A stretch of DNA of 44,485 nucleotides from an uncultured Planctomycetia bacterium. GTDB taxonomy: Bacteria > Omnitrophota > Gorgyraeia > 2-01-FULL-45-10. The DNA lies in assembly GCA_964352425.1 (NCBI GenBank), contig CAYGRZ010000006.1, positions 1 through 44,485 on the forward strand. The letters run 5' to 3'. The notes below the pieces were generated by a model that saw only the letters and a list, made by a program, of their open reading frames with translations, was not told the DNA's origin and did not search any database. Position 1 is the first letter of the stretch. Each line of letters opens with the position of its first letter. The translations under genes were made by a program, and so were the position numbers. This document shows, piece by piece, positions 1-9,655 of this stretch.

Positions 1-1625
1 CCGGCCCGATAGTGATAGGCCAGGCGTGCGAATTCGATTATTCCGGCTCGCAGGCCTGCAAGGTCCTTAAGGCAGAGGGGTACAAGGTAATACTCGTCAA
101 TTCCAACCCCGCCACGATCATGACCGACCCCGACATGGCCGACCGCACCTATATTGAACCGATCACCGTCGATGTCGCGGGAAAAATAATAGCCAGGGAG
201 AGGCCCGACGCGCTCCTGCCGACGCTCGGCGGACAGACGGCGCTCAATACCGCGGTAGGACTGGCGGAGGCGGGTATCCTCAAAAAATACAAAGTCGAGC
301 TTATAGGCGCGGACATTAAGGCCATCAAGAAGGCCGAAGACAGGCAGCTCTTCAAGGAAGCCATGCAGAAGATAGGCCTCAATCTTCCGAAGAGCGGCAG
401 GGCATACACGCTCAAAGAGGCGATCGCCGCGGCCGAGGGGATAGGGTTCCCGATCATCATCAGGCCGAGCTTCACGCTGGGCGGGACCGGCGGCAGTATC
501 GCCTACAATATGGAAGAGTTCAAGAAGCTCGCCAAGATCGGCATCGAGTCGAGCATGATACGCGAGGTCCTTATAGAGGAGTCGGTCGTAGGCTGGAAAG
601 AGTTCGAGCTGGAGGTGATGAGGGACAAGAAGGATAATGTCGTCATCATCTGCTCGATAGAGAATTTCGATCCGATGGGCGTGCACACCGGAGATTCCAT
701 AACCGTCGCGCCCGCCCAGACGCTGACCGACCGGGAATACCAGCTGATGCGTAATGCCGCGATAGCGTGCATACGCGAGATAGGGGTCGCGACGGGAGGC
801 TCGAACATACAGTTTGCCGTAAACCCCGACACGGGGAGGATGGTCGTCATAGAGATGAACCCGCGCGTCTCCAGAAGCTCGGCGCTCGCCTCGAAGGCGA
901 CGGGATTTCCGATCGCCAAGATCGCGGCCAAGCTTGCCGTGGGCTATACGCTCGACGAGATATCCAACGATATCACGAAAGAGACACCCGCGTGTTTCGA
1001 ACCGTCGATAGATTACTGCGTGGTGAAGATACCGCGATTCACGTTCGAGAAATTCCCCGGCTCCGACCCGACGCTCACCATCTCGATGAAGTCTGTCGGC
1101 GAGGCGATGTCGATCGGAAGGACATTCAAGGAGGCGCTGCAAAAAGGCCTGCGTTCACTCGAGATAAAGAAGAGCGGCCTCGAGAGCCTCCTCTTCAAGG
1201 ATTTCCTGGCCAATGTGAACGCGGACGAAGACACGGTGAGCACGATATACGAGAAGCTGAGGCTGCCAAACGCAGAGAGAGTATTCTATATCGGCGACGC
1301 CTTGCGCGCCGGCATCGGCGTCGATACAATATACGAGCTCACGAAGGTCGACCGGTGGTTCCTGCATAACATGCAGGAGATCATCGATCTTGAGCGCCAG
1401 ATCGCCCTGAAGAAGGGCGGTATCACCGTAAAGCTCCTCGCCCGCGCCAAAGAGATGGGTTTCAGCGACGCTCAGCTCGCGCACCTGACCGGCACGACCG
1501 AAGAGGATATGTGCACACTTCGGAAATCCCACAACATAACACCGGACTTCAAGCTCGTCGATACCTGCGCGGCCGAATTCCGCGCGTTCACGCCGTATTA
1601 TTACTCCACCTACGACCGGCCGTAG
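1..1625 (+). CDS. carB: Carbamoyl-phosphate synthase large subunit, N-terminal half only (carboxyphosphate + oligomerisation domains); 5' end lies outside the window
   Basis: Frame open from the window edge ([15 protein letters not shown]). Motifs [38 protein letters not shown]. Stops at YYYSTYDRP*, where the full-length copy at 37842 continues into its second half. Confidence 0.95.
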   Translation, partial: GPIVIGQACEFDYSGSQACKVLKAEGYKVILVNSNPATIMTDPDMADRTYIEPITVDVAGKIIARERPDALLPTLGGQTALNTAVGLAEAGILKKYKVELIGADIKAIKKAEDRQLFKEAMQKIGLNLPKSGRAYTLKEAIAAAEGIGFPIIIRPSFTLGGTGGSIAYNMEEFKKLAKIGIESSMIREVLIEESVVGWKEFELEVMRDKKDNVVIICSIENFDPMGVHTGDSITVAPAQTLTDREYQLMRNAAIACIREIGVATGGSNIQFAVNPDTGRMVVIEMNPRVSRSSALASKATGFPIAKIAAKLAVGYTLDEISNDITKETPACFEPSIDYCVVKIPRFTFEKFPGSDPTLTISMKSVGEAMSIGRTFKEALQKGLRSLEIKKSGLESLLFKDFLANVNADEDTVSTIYEKLRLPNAERVFYIGDALRAGIGVDTIYELTKVDRWFLHNMQEIIDLERQIALKKGGITVKLLARAKEMGFSDAQLAHLTGTTEEDMCTLRKSHNITPDFKLVDTCAAEFRAFTPYYYSTYDRP

Positions 1626-1629
1626 CTTT

Positions 1630-1675
1630 GGGACAGTCCCCATCTCGAAGAAGACAATAAGCCGGGGACAGTCCC
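1630..1675. repeat. Two copies of the interrupted palindrome GGGACAGTCCC (REP-like)
   Basis: GGGAC-A-GTCCC at 1630-1640 and 1665-1675, directly after the carB-half stop codon. Confidence 0.75.
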
Positions 1676-1700
1676 TGTATACGACCGCCCATAATCTATC

Positions 1701-1730
1701 TTGCGCTCACCCCCCGCTCAATAGTACAAT
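1701..1730 (+). promoter_or_regulatory. Putative sigma70 promoter of the GH3 gene, probably leaderless
   Basis: TTGCGC (1701-1706), 18 nt, TACAAT (1725-1730); ATG 6 nt downstream; no Shine-Dalgarno. Confidence 0.5.
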
Positions 1731-1736
1731 AGTGCA

Positions 1737-3404
1737 ATGAATATCATCAATCTCTCGCTTAAGGTCCTCGAACCCAACCGCAGGTCATTTGAGGCAGCCA
1801 CAAAGGATCCCATCAAAGCGCAGGAGAAGGTCCTTCTCGAATACCTGAAGCGCAATAAGAACACCGAATACGGACGGGCCCATAATTTCGCCGCCATCAG
1901 GTCAATAGAGGACTACCGCTCGAGCGTGCCGCTCGTAGAGTACGAGTCGATCCGGCCGTATGTCGACAGGATGGCCGCCGGCGAGAAGAATATCCTGATA
2001 AGGGACACCCCGGTCTTTTACGGCATCACGAGCGGCACCACCGATAAGCCGAAACTCATCCCCACGACCAGATACTCCGAAAAGAAGAAAGACGAGATCC
2101 TCAACCTCTGGAGCTACTATATAGCGCGCGACCACCCCGATGTGCTCGACGGAAAGATCCTCGCTATCGTGAGCCCGGAGGAGGAGGGGCATACTCCCGA
2201 TGGGACGCTCCTGGGCGCCGAGAGCGGCCACAGCTACCGCCAGCTTCCCGCGACGGTCATGCTCCTGTATTCGCTGCCATATGAGGTATTCGAGATACCG
2301 GACTACGAGGCACGCCATTACGCGATGCTGCGCATCAGCATGGGCCAGGACATAACCGATGTCGCGACGCTCAACCCCAACACCATCGTCCTCCTGTGCA
2401 GGAAGATCGCCCGGTGGCAGGACCTTATCATAGCCGATATCGCTGCCGGAACGCTCTCGGAAAAGTTCGATATACCCGAGCGCATACGCCGGATCATCAG
2501 CAGGCACCTGAAGCCGGACAAGCGGCGCGCCGAGGAGCTTAAGGCGATCCTGTCAGCTAAAGGGACGCTTCTCCCCAAAGACTTCTGGCCCAATATGAAG
2601 ATCATCGAATGCTGGGTGGGGGGGATGATGAAGCTCTATCTCAAAGAACTCGAGGCATACTTCGGCCCTGTCCCGATACGTGATATGGGCTGTGTCTCGA
2701 CCGAGGCGCGCAGTTCCATACCCGTGCGCGACAATGACCCGGGCGGAGTGCTGGCCATACAGACCAATTTCTACGAGTTCATCCCGAAAGATGACGCCGA
2801 CAAGGAAGAGAAGCGCGTGCTCCTCTCGGACCAGCTCGAAAAGGGGAAGGAATATTGCATCGTCGTGACGACCGCCGGCGGCCTGTACAGGTACAATATC
2901 GACGACATTGTCAGGGTGTACGGGTTCTTCAATTCGACGCCCATGATCGAGTTCGTCCAGAAGGGGCGCGGCGCGACGTCGCTCGGGGGCGAGAAACTGT
3001 ATGAATCGCACGTGACCGACGCGGTCAACGCGGCTACAGGGAAATTGGGAATATTCGTCGACTTCTTCTGCGCGGTCACAAAACCGATGGACGGCCCGCG
3101 CTACGATTTTCTCGTTGAATTCTCCGGAACTGCGCCTTCGGATAAGAAAATGATCACCTTCCTGCAGACGGTAGAGAAGGAGCTTTACGCGCGCAACAGG
3201 GAATACGGGTTCGCCCGGCAGTCGCAAGTGCTGAAGAGCCCGATCATGAAGGTCGCCCGCAAGGGTTCATTCGAGAGTTACCGTTCAAAGAAGATATTGC
3301 AGGGGGCGAAGGAGGGACAGTTCAAAGCGCCCCAGCTGACATCCGACCAGGATTTCGATAAGAACTTCTCCGTCGAGAAAACGATCTCTCTTCCCGATAA
3401 TTAA
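1737..3404 (+). CDS. GH3-family acyl-acid amido synthetase-like protein (adenylate-forming)
   Basis: 555 aa; AQEKVL..YL..N..TEYG N-terminus, ITSGTTDKPK loop, FYEFIP, TT.GGLYRYNIDD, GEKLYE, all typical of GH3 proteins. Confidence 0.88.
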   Translation: MNIINLSLKVLEPNRRSFEAATKDPIKAQEKVLLEYLKRNKNTEYGRAHNFAAIRSIEDYRSSVPLVEYESIRPYVDRMAAGEKNILIRDTPVFYGITSGTTDKPKLIPTTRYSEKKKDEILNLWSYYIARDHPDVLDGKILAIVSPEEEGHTPDGTLLGAESGHSYRQLPATVMLLYSLPYEVFEIPDYEARHYAMLRISMGQDITDVATLNPNTIVLLCRKIARWQDLIIADIAAGTLSEKFDIPERIRRIISRHLKPDKRRAEELKAILSAKGTLLPKDFWPNMKIIECWVGGMMKLYLKELEAYFGPVPIRDMGCVSTEARSSIPVRDNDPGGVLAIQTNFYEFIPKDDADKEEKRVLLSDQLEKGKEYCIVVTTAGGLYRYNIDDIVRVYGFFNSTPMIEFVQKGRGATSLGGEKLYESHVTDAVNAATGKLGIFVDFFCAVTKPMDGPRYDFLVEFSGTAPSDKKMITFLQTVEKELYARNREYGFARQSQVLKSPIMKVARKGSFESYRSKKILQGAKEGQFKAPQLTSDQDFDKNFSVEKTISLPDN

Positions 3405-3430
3405 GTAATAAAAAAGTTTGATTATCGGAC

Positions 3431-3459
3431 TTGTCTAGTGGCGCATTCAGTGATATACT
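3431..3459 (+). promoter_or_regulatory. Putative sigma70 promoter with extended -10
   Basis: TTGTCT (3431-3436), 17 nt, TGa-TATACT (3454-3459) in an AT-rich intergenic region. Confidence 0.5.
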
Positions 3460-3530
3460 AGAGGTGAGTAGGGGTATTTTTTTGACCAGATAGTAAAAGT
3501 TTTTCCTGGAATTGAGAGGCGGTGGTAAAC

Positions 3531-3911
3531 ATGTTGACATTGACACGTTTCACAAAAATGGTGTTGCTAACCTTATTCGTGGCGGGCTTTTTTGTGTCCG
3601 CGTGCCATGCCGAGACGATGGCCACCTATTCAGGGAAGTACGCCCTCGACCTGGAGCAGAAGCAGATGCTCCTCGACTCGATTAAGGAAGACGCGGAGAA
3701 GACCGGGGCCGAGGTAAAGGATAATGTCGACATGATCAAGGCCGCAGACGATGCCAAGACGAGCACATTGAGGATGGAAAATATCAACCTCGTTGAATTG
3801 ATGCCTTCCGTAGAAAAGATCAATGTGGCGTTCACCGCCACTAATCACATGCTGTCGCCCGAATCAGGCCTCAGGATATGGAAGAAAAGCGAAGCCAGAT
3901 CCCGCCGGTAG
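3531..3911 (+). CDS. Hypothetical exported protein
   Basis: Signal-peptide-like N-terminus (RFTKMVLLTLFVAGFFVSACHA-E); GAGAGG upstream of ATG 3531; start could also be 3522 or 3558. Confidence 0.7.
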   Translation: MLTLTRFTKMVLLTLFVAGFFVSACHAETMATYSGKYALDLEQKQMLLDSIKEDAEKTGAEVKDNVDMIKAADDAKTSTLRMENINLVELMPSVEKINVAFTATNHMLSPESGLRIWKKSEARSRR

Positions 3912-3944
3912 AGATGCAGACCCCGCGCACAATACTTCGGAATG

Positions 3945-4439
3945 TTATAACTTAGCGGAGAGCTGGGTGTTCTCGGTTATGCCGGACTGCGACGTATCGC
4001 GGAGGTCCGAGATATTGCCCTTCTCGGATTTCAGGAGATCGATGACCGCGGCATCCTTCGTTTCGGTGATCGCTTCGCTCAAATATTTGATATCGTATTC
4101 GCAGTAGTGCGTAATGAATTTAAGCCATCCGTTCAGGACAGTCAGCACGTCCTTATTTATGCCCTGGCCGGAGGCAAGCGCTATCTTGATCATCTTCAGG
4201 TACGACTCTATCGTGACAAGCGCGTAGTTATTTATCTCGAAAAGCCGCTCAAGGGTCCTGATGTCGGCAGACTGCGCCTTGCGGATAAGATCGGGAAGCG
4301 CGGTGCCGACTTTGGTCATTGACGTCCTGACAGCGTCGAGCTTGCGGATATGCTCCTGGGCGAAGGCAGGAAGTTCGCATGAGGCTACCAGCAGCATGGC
4401 GCAGAGGACAGGGACTATCGTCTTTGTACAGTTTTCCAT
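3945..4439 (-). CDS. Hypothetical exported, largely helical protein
   Basis: 164 aa; signal peptide ending PAFA-Q (or lipobox-like LVASC); strong promoter immediately upstream. Confidence 0.8.
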   Translation of the reverse strand: MENCTKTIVPVLCAMLLVASCELPAFAQEHIRKLDAVRTSMTKVGTALPDLIRKAQSADIRTLERLFEINNYALVTIESYLKMIKIALASGQGINKDVLTVLNGWLKFITHYCEYDIKYLSEAITETKDAAVIDLLKSEKGNISDLRDTSQSGITENTQLSAKL

Positions 4440-4447
4440 TGCATTAG

Positions 4448-4475
4448 ATTATATCATATATTCGGTAAAATTCAA
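4448..4475 (-). promoter_or_regulatory. Putative sigma70 promoter (extended -10), probably leaderless
   Basis: Minus strand reads TTGAAT, 16 nt, TGa-TATAAT, 8 nt, ATG (4439). Confidence 0.6.
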
Positions 4476-4538
4476 ATTGCATCTAAAAAAAGTTAATAGT
4501 AGAATAGGCTTGAAGCTGCTCGATACACGTACAATACT

Positions 4539-5513
4539 ATGACCGCGATCGGAAACCGGACACTCAGCACCAACGTTTTCCTGGCTCCCATGTCGGGATG
4601 CACCGACCTTGCCTTCAGGCTGATCGCCCGGGAGCACGGCGCGGCATTCGCTTTCTTCGAGATGATAGACTCGCATTCCGTCTTCTACCACCGCACAAAG
4701 ACATACTCGCTCCTGAAGACGCTCGCCGATGACGCACCGATAGCGCTGCAGCTCCTCGGCGCCGACCCTGACATCATGTTGAAGGCCGCCCAGGATATCC
4801 TGTCGATGATCGACGTCTCGTTCCTCGATATAAACGCCGGGTGCCCGGCCAAGAAGGTGATAAGGAAGAAGGCCGGCTCATATCTGCTCGAGGATCGCGA
4901 CGCGCTCTACAGGATCATCGGCAAGCTTACATCTTCATTGCTCGTCCCGGTGACCGTAAAGATACGGCTCGGCCACCACAATGAAACGTTGCAGGACATC
5001 ATAGGACTGGCGAAGCGGTGCGAGGACACCGGCGCGTCCGCGCTCTTTGTCCACGGGCGCACGAGGCTGCAGCAATACTCCGGGGAAATTGATTACGGAG
5101 CCATACAGGCGATAAAAGAGTCTGTGCGCATACCCGTCTTCGGCAGCGGCAATATCCTTTCGCCGGACGGTGCGAAGAAGATGTTCGACCTGACCGGATG
5201 CGACGGCATCCTCGTTGCGCGCGGCGCGCTCGGCAATCCGTGGATATTTAAAGGGATAGAATCACGCCTGGCTGGCGGCGAAGGGGTCTTGGGGCCGTCA
5301 CTGGCCGACAGGAAGGATGTCCTGAAGCGCCACCTCTCGTACATCGACCGGCACAACGACTGCAGTCCGACGGTCAAGGTGGGCATCATGCGCAAGGTCT
5401 CGCTCTGGTACCTGAAGTCGTTCATGAACGCCAGGAGGATCCGCGAGAAGATATGTGTTGTCAACAGCTATGAAAAGATGCTAAAATTTATCGACTCGAT
5501 CGGCGACACATGA
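4539..5513 (+). CDS. dusB: tRNA-dihydrouridine synthase (DusB-like)
   Basis: LAPMSG, DINAGCP, PVTVKIRLG, VHGRT, GCDGILVARGALGNPW. Confidence 0.9.
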   Translation: MTAIGNRTLSTNVFLAPMSGCTDLAFRLIAREHGAAFAFFEMIDSHSVFYHRTKTYSLLKTLADDAPIALQLLGADPDIMLKAAQDILSMIDVSFLDINAGCPAKKVIRKKAGSYLLEDRDALYRIIGKLTSSLLVPVTVKIRLGHHNETLQDIIGLAKRCEDTGASALFVHGRTRLQQYSGEIDYGAIQAIKESVRIPVFGSGNILSPDGAKKMFDLTGCDGILVARGALGNPWIFKGIESRLAGGEGVLGPSLADRKDVLKRHLSYIDRHNDCSPTVKVGIMRKVSLWYLKSFMNARRIREKICVVNSYEKMLKFIDSIGDT

Positions 5514-5583
5514 GATCTCTTACAGAATACCTGTTAGCTGCTACAAAAACCTGCCAATTGTTTCCCGACCAAAAATGCACCGG

Positions 5584-5653
5584 TGTTAAGTAGAAAAAAG
5601 ATAGCTTCCTTTCTATTGATTTAACTCATTTACGTGGTATGATTCTACTACGT
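5584..5653 (+). promoter_or_regulatory. Conserved promoter cassette of large gene A
   Basis: TGTTAA..AAAAAA..TAGCT..TTTCTA-TTGATT (5616-5621), 16 nt, TGg-TATGAT (5638-5643), 10 nt, ATG 5654. Homologous to 9594-9655 and 16649-16720. Confidence 0.7.
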
Positions 5654-8600
5654 ATGTGTGTCTATAGGAATGGGTATAGTCTTTTATATAAAGCTATAGC
5701 GCTAGCCATGGGGTGTCTATTTCTGGCTGACAGTATAACTTGGGCAGATCCTTCCTCGGCCACTACTCTTGCCGCAGAGTCCAGACTAAAACCTTTCTTC
5801 GAGAAACATGGCTTAGACTTCCAGAACCTCGCCACGGTAGTTTATACAGCCGGCAAGTTGAGAGATTTAGTTACGTCCGGAAGCCTGAGGGAGAGCCACA
5901 TCATGAATTTGAACAGGCTGTTTCCCGATGGCGCGATAAAAATAGACAAGGGTATTAAACAAGGCGCTCTAAGGTCTGGCAAGGTCTATAACTATGCCGT
6001 GTTTCGTTTTGAAAAAGAACAGAAAACTATCAAGGCGTTATTCATTAAAGACCATAATAAGCTTACCGACGATGAACTCTCAGAGCTTAGGATCAGGAAG
6101 GATGAAGTATATCATCTCGATTATCCGGGCCTGGAAGGAATATGGTTCGTAAATCCAGCCGCTATACCAGCGCCCGACATGCCATACACCTGGGGCGATG
6201 GCCCGGACACGGCGGACTTGTCCGCCGACCTGTCCGCCGAAGCCTCATCCGGTCCAGGCGTGACGGCAAAGGCGGATGGGGCGGCACCGAATGTAAAGTT
6301 CCTACGGTCTGCGATCGCCGAGCTGATGTCCCGCATGCCCGGCCCGCGTAGTCGGGCGCACCTTGAGGCGATGATGCGGGGTATCGTCGCGTGCAAAGAG
6401 ACCGGAGTCGCACCGACCGCTTCAGCTGTTGCGGAACGAGCGGGTATTACTATTCACCAGCTGCGCCATCTCGTTTATGGGCCGCTCGGCAATGAGCATG
6501 CGCAGACACTCGGTCTCGTGCTCGATGAGCAGGATACGTCGGGTAGGCTCGATGACATGGCTCTTGCCGTAACAAAGGTTACCCGGAAACATCCCGGCAA
6601 ACCGATATCGTTTGCCGGAATTGCAAGTGAAATGCGCGAGAAGATTGACTGGCAGGCGCTATGGCTTTGGTTTAAACGGCAGCGCAGCCCTGTGGCAAAG
6701 AAGATACGGAAGGGGATAAGCCGTTCCAGGGTCGCGCCCGAAAAAGGCGCCGCCGGCCATTGGAACATGTCGATCGAGGCGTTCCGGAATTTTGCCGAGC
6801 GCCGTTGCCGGGATAGACTGGGCATGCCTACATCAGCGCTCCGGCTGGGCTTGCGTTCACTGATAAACTTCAGGATTATCGTAGTCGCGACCGCGAAACT
6901 CGAAGAGAAGAAAGAGATACCTACAATAACTAATATAACCGGCGCTTCGCCGCATCTTACAAGGTACCAGGTGAACGATACCGTTGAACTTATCGGATGG
7001 CAGCGCGCAGAGAAGCTCGGAGTGGTGAAGGAGCACGATACGAGCGGAATGTCTGCAAGCGTCGAAAAGGCGCTTGCAGAGATCGCGAAGCATATGCCGT
7101 CAAGCGGCATAACTATAAAGCTCGTAGCCGACGCTCTAAAGAGAATGGGCTTGTACGATATGACGTACGGGAATTTCAACAGATGGTTAAAAGGTCCGGC
7201 GGGGAAGCGGTTTCTCGAAAAAATACAGGAGACCCGGCATAGCATACGAGACAGGGTTGACGCAGTGTTTGGAAGGATGACATCCGCGGAGCTTGCTTCA
7301 TTGGATAAAGCGGCGCTTGGCAGGCGCTCCGGGCTTTCGCGCTACGCCTGGAATACATGGACATACCGGCATCGTTTTGATTTCGAGGAGGAGAGGGCGA
7401 AGTTCCTGGATGAAGCCCGCAAAAGAGAGGAGGCGGCGCGGGCTGTTGATGCAATAGTTAATGAGCTGTCCTTGCCGGAGCATGTTACCCGCGATAGGAT
7501 AGAGGCGATTGCCGCGTCGGCAAGTCCCGGAGATATACAGAAAGGCGCCTGCGCCCTCATTACCAAAGCAAGGGAGCTCGATAGAAGGGCATCTACTACC
7601 AAGACCTCTGGAGAGAAGAAAGCGGCGCAAGATGCAGCCGGCAGCATTTACGTGCGGGTCTTTACACTATTGCAGATCTCCGGGGCCGATCGCGGGCTTT
7701 TCGATGAGATCAGGCCGATAGTGCTACAGCGCCTCGATGCCCGATCCGGAACCGGAACGAAGAAACCGGATGCCGCCTCAGTTCGTACAGAAGGAGCTCT
7801 CCGCGGTAAATACGAAAAACTCATGAATGCGGTGATCGACACGGAAGACCTGAAGGACGTGATCAGGATAGCCAATAGGATCATCTCGCTTTTGCGAGAA
7901 GATAAGGGGCTTAGCGCGGAACAGGCAGCCGGGCACGCCGAAGGACTTCTAGACCTTCTTGACGAGGCCGAGAGTTCTCATGAGCAGGAAATCGCCGATA
8001 CGGATGAGGCGGAAGGGGAAGCGGCCGCGGCGGATCTCGAGAGCCTGCGAGCCCAGTTAAAGGAACTTGTCGCAGAATCCGACGACCGGCCGGATAAATC
8101 ATGGAGCGTCGGCGCCGCCCGCGCCGACGGGCCGGAATTCGAGACGAAGCTCTCTGATCTTTTCGCGGAGGGGGAAGAAGTTTCAGGGGCGGCTCCCGAT
8201 AGAGCGGCACCGGCAGGAGCGTCCCCACAGGCCCCAAATGAGACTGTAAAAGCAAAAATGAAAAAAGCCAGGGATTTCATTTTTACTCCGGACTTAGCAA
8301 GACGCGAAGAAAAAGGCATCCCCTTTTTAACAGCGCCGGCGCTATTATCCCGCGGCGGTTCGGTAGATGAAGCGCTTGCCGGGATAGCCCTCCGCATAAA
8401 AGTCTCCGCGGACGCCCCGGCCGGCAAGCTTAAAGTGGATAATTTGCTCGGATATCTTGAAAGATATGCCCCGGAAACGTTTGGCGCGTCAGCCTCTAAA
8501 GACGAAAAGATGATGTTATTATGCCGGGCTTTATGCAAAGAGATCGCCGATTCGCGGTTTTACGGGGCCATGGAGGACGCGATAAACGATTCCATAAACG

Positions 8601-9490
8601 AAGAACTTTCGCGCCTGAAGAGAAGGATCGGCGAGGATCAGGTCAAGAGAGCGAAGATGAGCATGCGCCGCCGCATGTACAACGCTCTGGATGGTCTGCG
8701 TGAAGAGGCCTCTGCGCGGCTGCCCAAGCCTGCGGCCGCGGCGGCATCTAAGTTTTTGCTCGATTCTCAGGCAGATAGGAGTGCATACCAGTTTGTGGCG
8801 GAACCCGCCGTAACTCCCATCGCGATAGCGCAAGCCGAAGCTGACAGAATCCACGATGAGAACCTCAAGGCCGAATATATGCCGACCATCCCGGATAAGA
8901 CGATCCTGTGCCATATCATCACGGATTCGATAGTCCCCGCCGAACAACAGAATATGTTAAAAGTAGCGCTTGAGCAAAATATGGAGAAAGAAGCGGAGAA
9001 GGGTACGGACTATGGAGAAGGCTTCGCCTGCCTGTCGAGCGCCAACGCGGGCAATCCCGGCGGATATATCAAGGACCTGCAAAGTTTAATGCAAAAGAAG
9101 CGGGATGATTACAAAGCCCTGGGCTACACCGACGTCCGGTTCGACGTCGCCTGCCCGGACACCGGGCTCGTCAGCGCGGTCCTTGGAAGTAACCCTGGGA
9201 TAAAAGCCCTTGCCTTTGAACCCTGTAAAGGGGCTGATTTTGATCTTGTGCAGGTCGAAGGCATCATGCTGGCATTGAGAGCGCTCGATTCCGGCGATAT
9301 AGAAAAACTTAAAAGCGTATTCATCCTCCTTGCGGGGAATAGGCTATCCCCGGAACAGTCGGCCATAATGGATATCGATAAATTCATCAAAACCGTGTCC
9401 TTTATTCTCCCCGCCGCGAAGGTAGAGGACTACAATGAGCGCAGAAGGCTAAACGACCTCATCACGGCCAACATCAAACAGGCGGCGTAA
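5654..9490 (+). CDS. Large modular protein A: signal peptide + conserved N-domain, HTH-like repeat array, helical region, conserved C-domain
   Basis: 1283-aa ORF. The track start (5639) lies inside the -10 box, so ATG 5654 is preferred. N- and C-terminal regions are clearly homologous to gene B; ends NIKQAA. Confidence 0.9.
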   Translation: MCVYRNGYSLLYKAIALAMGCLFLADSITWADPSSATTLAAESRLKPFFEKHGLDFQNLATVVYTAGKLRDLVTSGSLRESHIMNLNRLFPDGAIKIDKGIKQGALRSGKVYNYAVFRFEKEQKTIKALFIKDHNKLTDDELSELRIRKDEVYHLDYPGLEGIWFVNPAAIPAPDMPYTWGDGPDTADLSADLSAEASSGPGVTAKADGAAPNVKFLRSAIAELMSRMPGPRSRAHLEAMMRGIVACKETGVAPTASAVAERAGITIHQLRHLVYGPLGNEHAQTLGLVLDEQDTSGRLDDMALAVTKVTRKHPGKPISFAGIASEMREKIDWQALWLWFKRQRSPVAKKIRKGISRSRVAPEKGAAGHWNMSIEAFRNFAERRCRDRLGMPTSALRLGLRSLINFRIIVVATAKLEEKKEIPTITNITGASPHLTRYQVNDTVELIGWQRAEKLGVVKEHDTSGMSASVEKALAEIAKHMPSSGITIKLVADALKRMGLYDMTYGNFNRWLKGPAGKRFLEKIQETRHSIRDRVDAVFGRMTSAELASLDKAALGRRSGLSRYAWNTWTYRHRFDFEEERAKFLDEARKREEAARAVDAIVNELSLPEHVTRDRIEAIAASASPGDIQKGACALITKARELDRRASTTKTSGEKKAAQDAAGSIYVRVFTLLQISGADRGLFDEIRPIVLQRLDARSGTGTKKPDAASVRTEGALRGKYEKLMNAVIDTEDLKDVIRIANRIISLLREDKGLSAEQAAGHAEGLLDLLDEAESSHEQEIADTDEAEGEAAAADLESLRAQLKELVAESDDRPDKSWSVGAARADGPEFETKLSDLFAEGEEVSGAAPDRAAPAGASPQAPNETVKAKMKKARDFIFTPDLARREEKGIPFLTAPALLSRGGSVDEALAGIALRIKVSADAPAGKLKVDNLLGYLERYAPETFGASASKDEKMMLLCRALCKEIADSRFYGAMEDAINDSINEELSRLKRRIGEDQVKRAKMSMRRRMYNALDGLREEASARLPKPAAAAASKFLLDSQADRSAYQFVAEPAVTPIAIAQAEADRIHDENLKAEYMPTIPDKTILCHIITDSIVPAEQQNMLKVALEQNMEKEAEKGTDYGEGFACLSSANAGNPGGYIKDLQSLMQKKRDDYKALGYTDVRFDVACPDTGLVSAVLGSNPGIKALAFEPCKGADFDLVQVEGIMLALRALDSGDIEKLKSVFILLAGNRLSPEQSAIMDIDKFIKTVSFILPAAKVEDYNERRRLNDLITANIKQAA
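6210..6276. repeat. Palindromic REP-like element in frame inside gene A
   Basis: CGGCGGAC-TT-GTCCGCCG hairpin (6210-6227); 12-bp tandem GAC(T/C)TGTCCGCC; TCCGCC (6233-6238) complementary to GGCGGA (6271-6276). Encodes ADLSADLSAEA...AKAD. Confidence 0.55.
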
Positions 9491-9593
9491 TTCCAACATC
9501 CTGTTCCTTTCAGATTGCATAGAAACCTGCCTATAGTACCCAAATAATGACCCCTAGTGCACACATACCCTACATAATGCATGCATGTTAGAT

Positions 9594-9655
9594 AGGAAAA
9601 AGGTAGCTAAATTTCTATTGACTTAACATGTTTATGTGTTAAGCTAATGGCACGT
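9594..9655 (+). promoter_or_regulatory. Conserved promoter cassette of large gene B
   Basis: TTTCTA-TTGACT (9618-9623), 16 nt, TGt-TAAGCT (9640-9645), 10 nt, ATG 9656. Confidence 0.7.

Noticed and set aside
1626-1736. carB half as a frameshifted pseudogene
   Set aside because: No C-half sequence follows; the next gene is GH3, and the stop falls at the natural boundary between halves.
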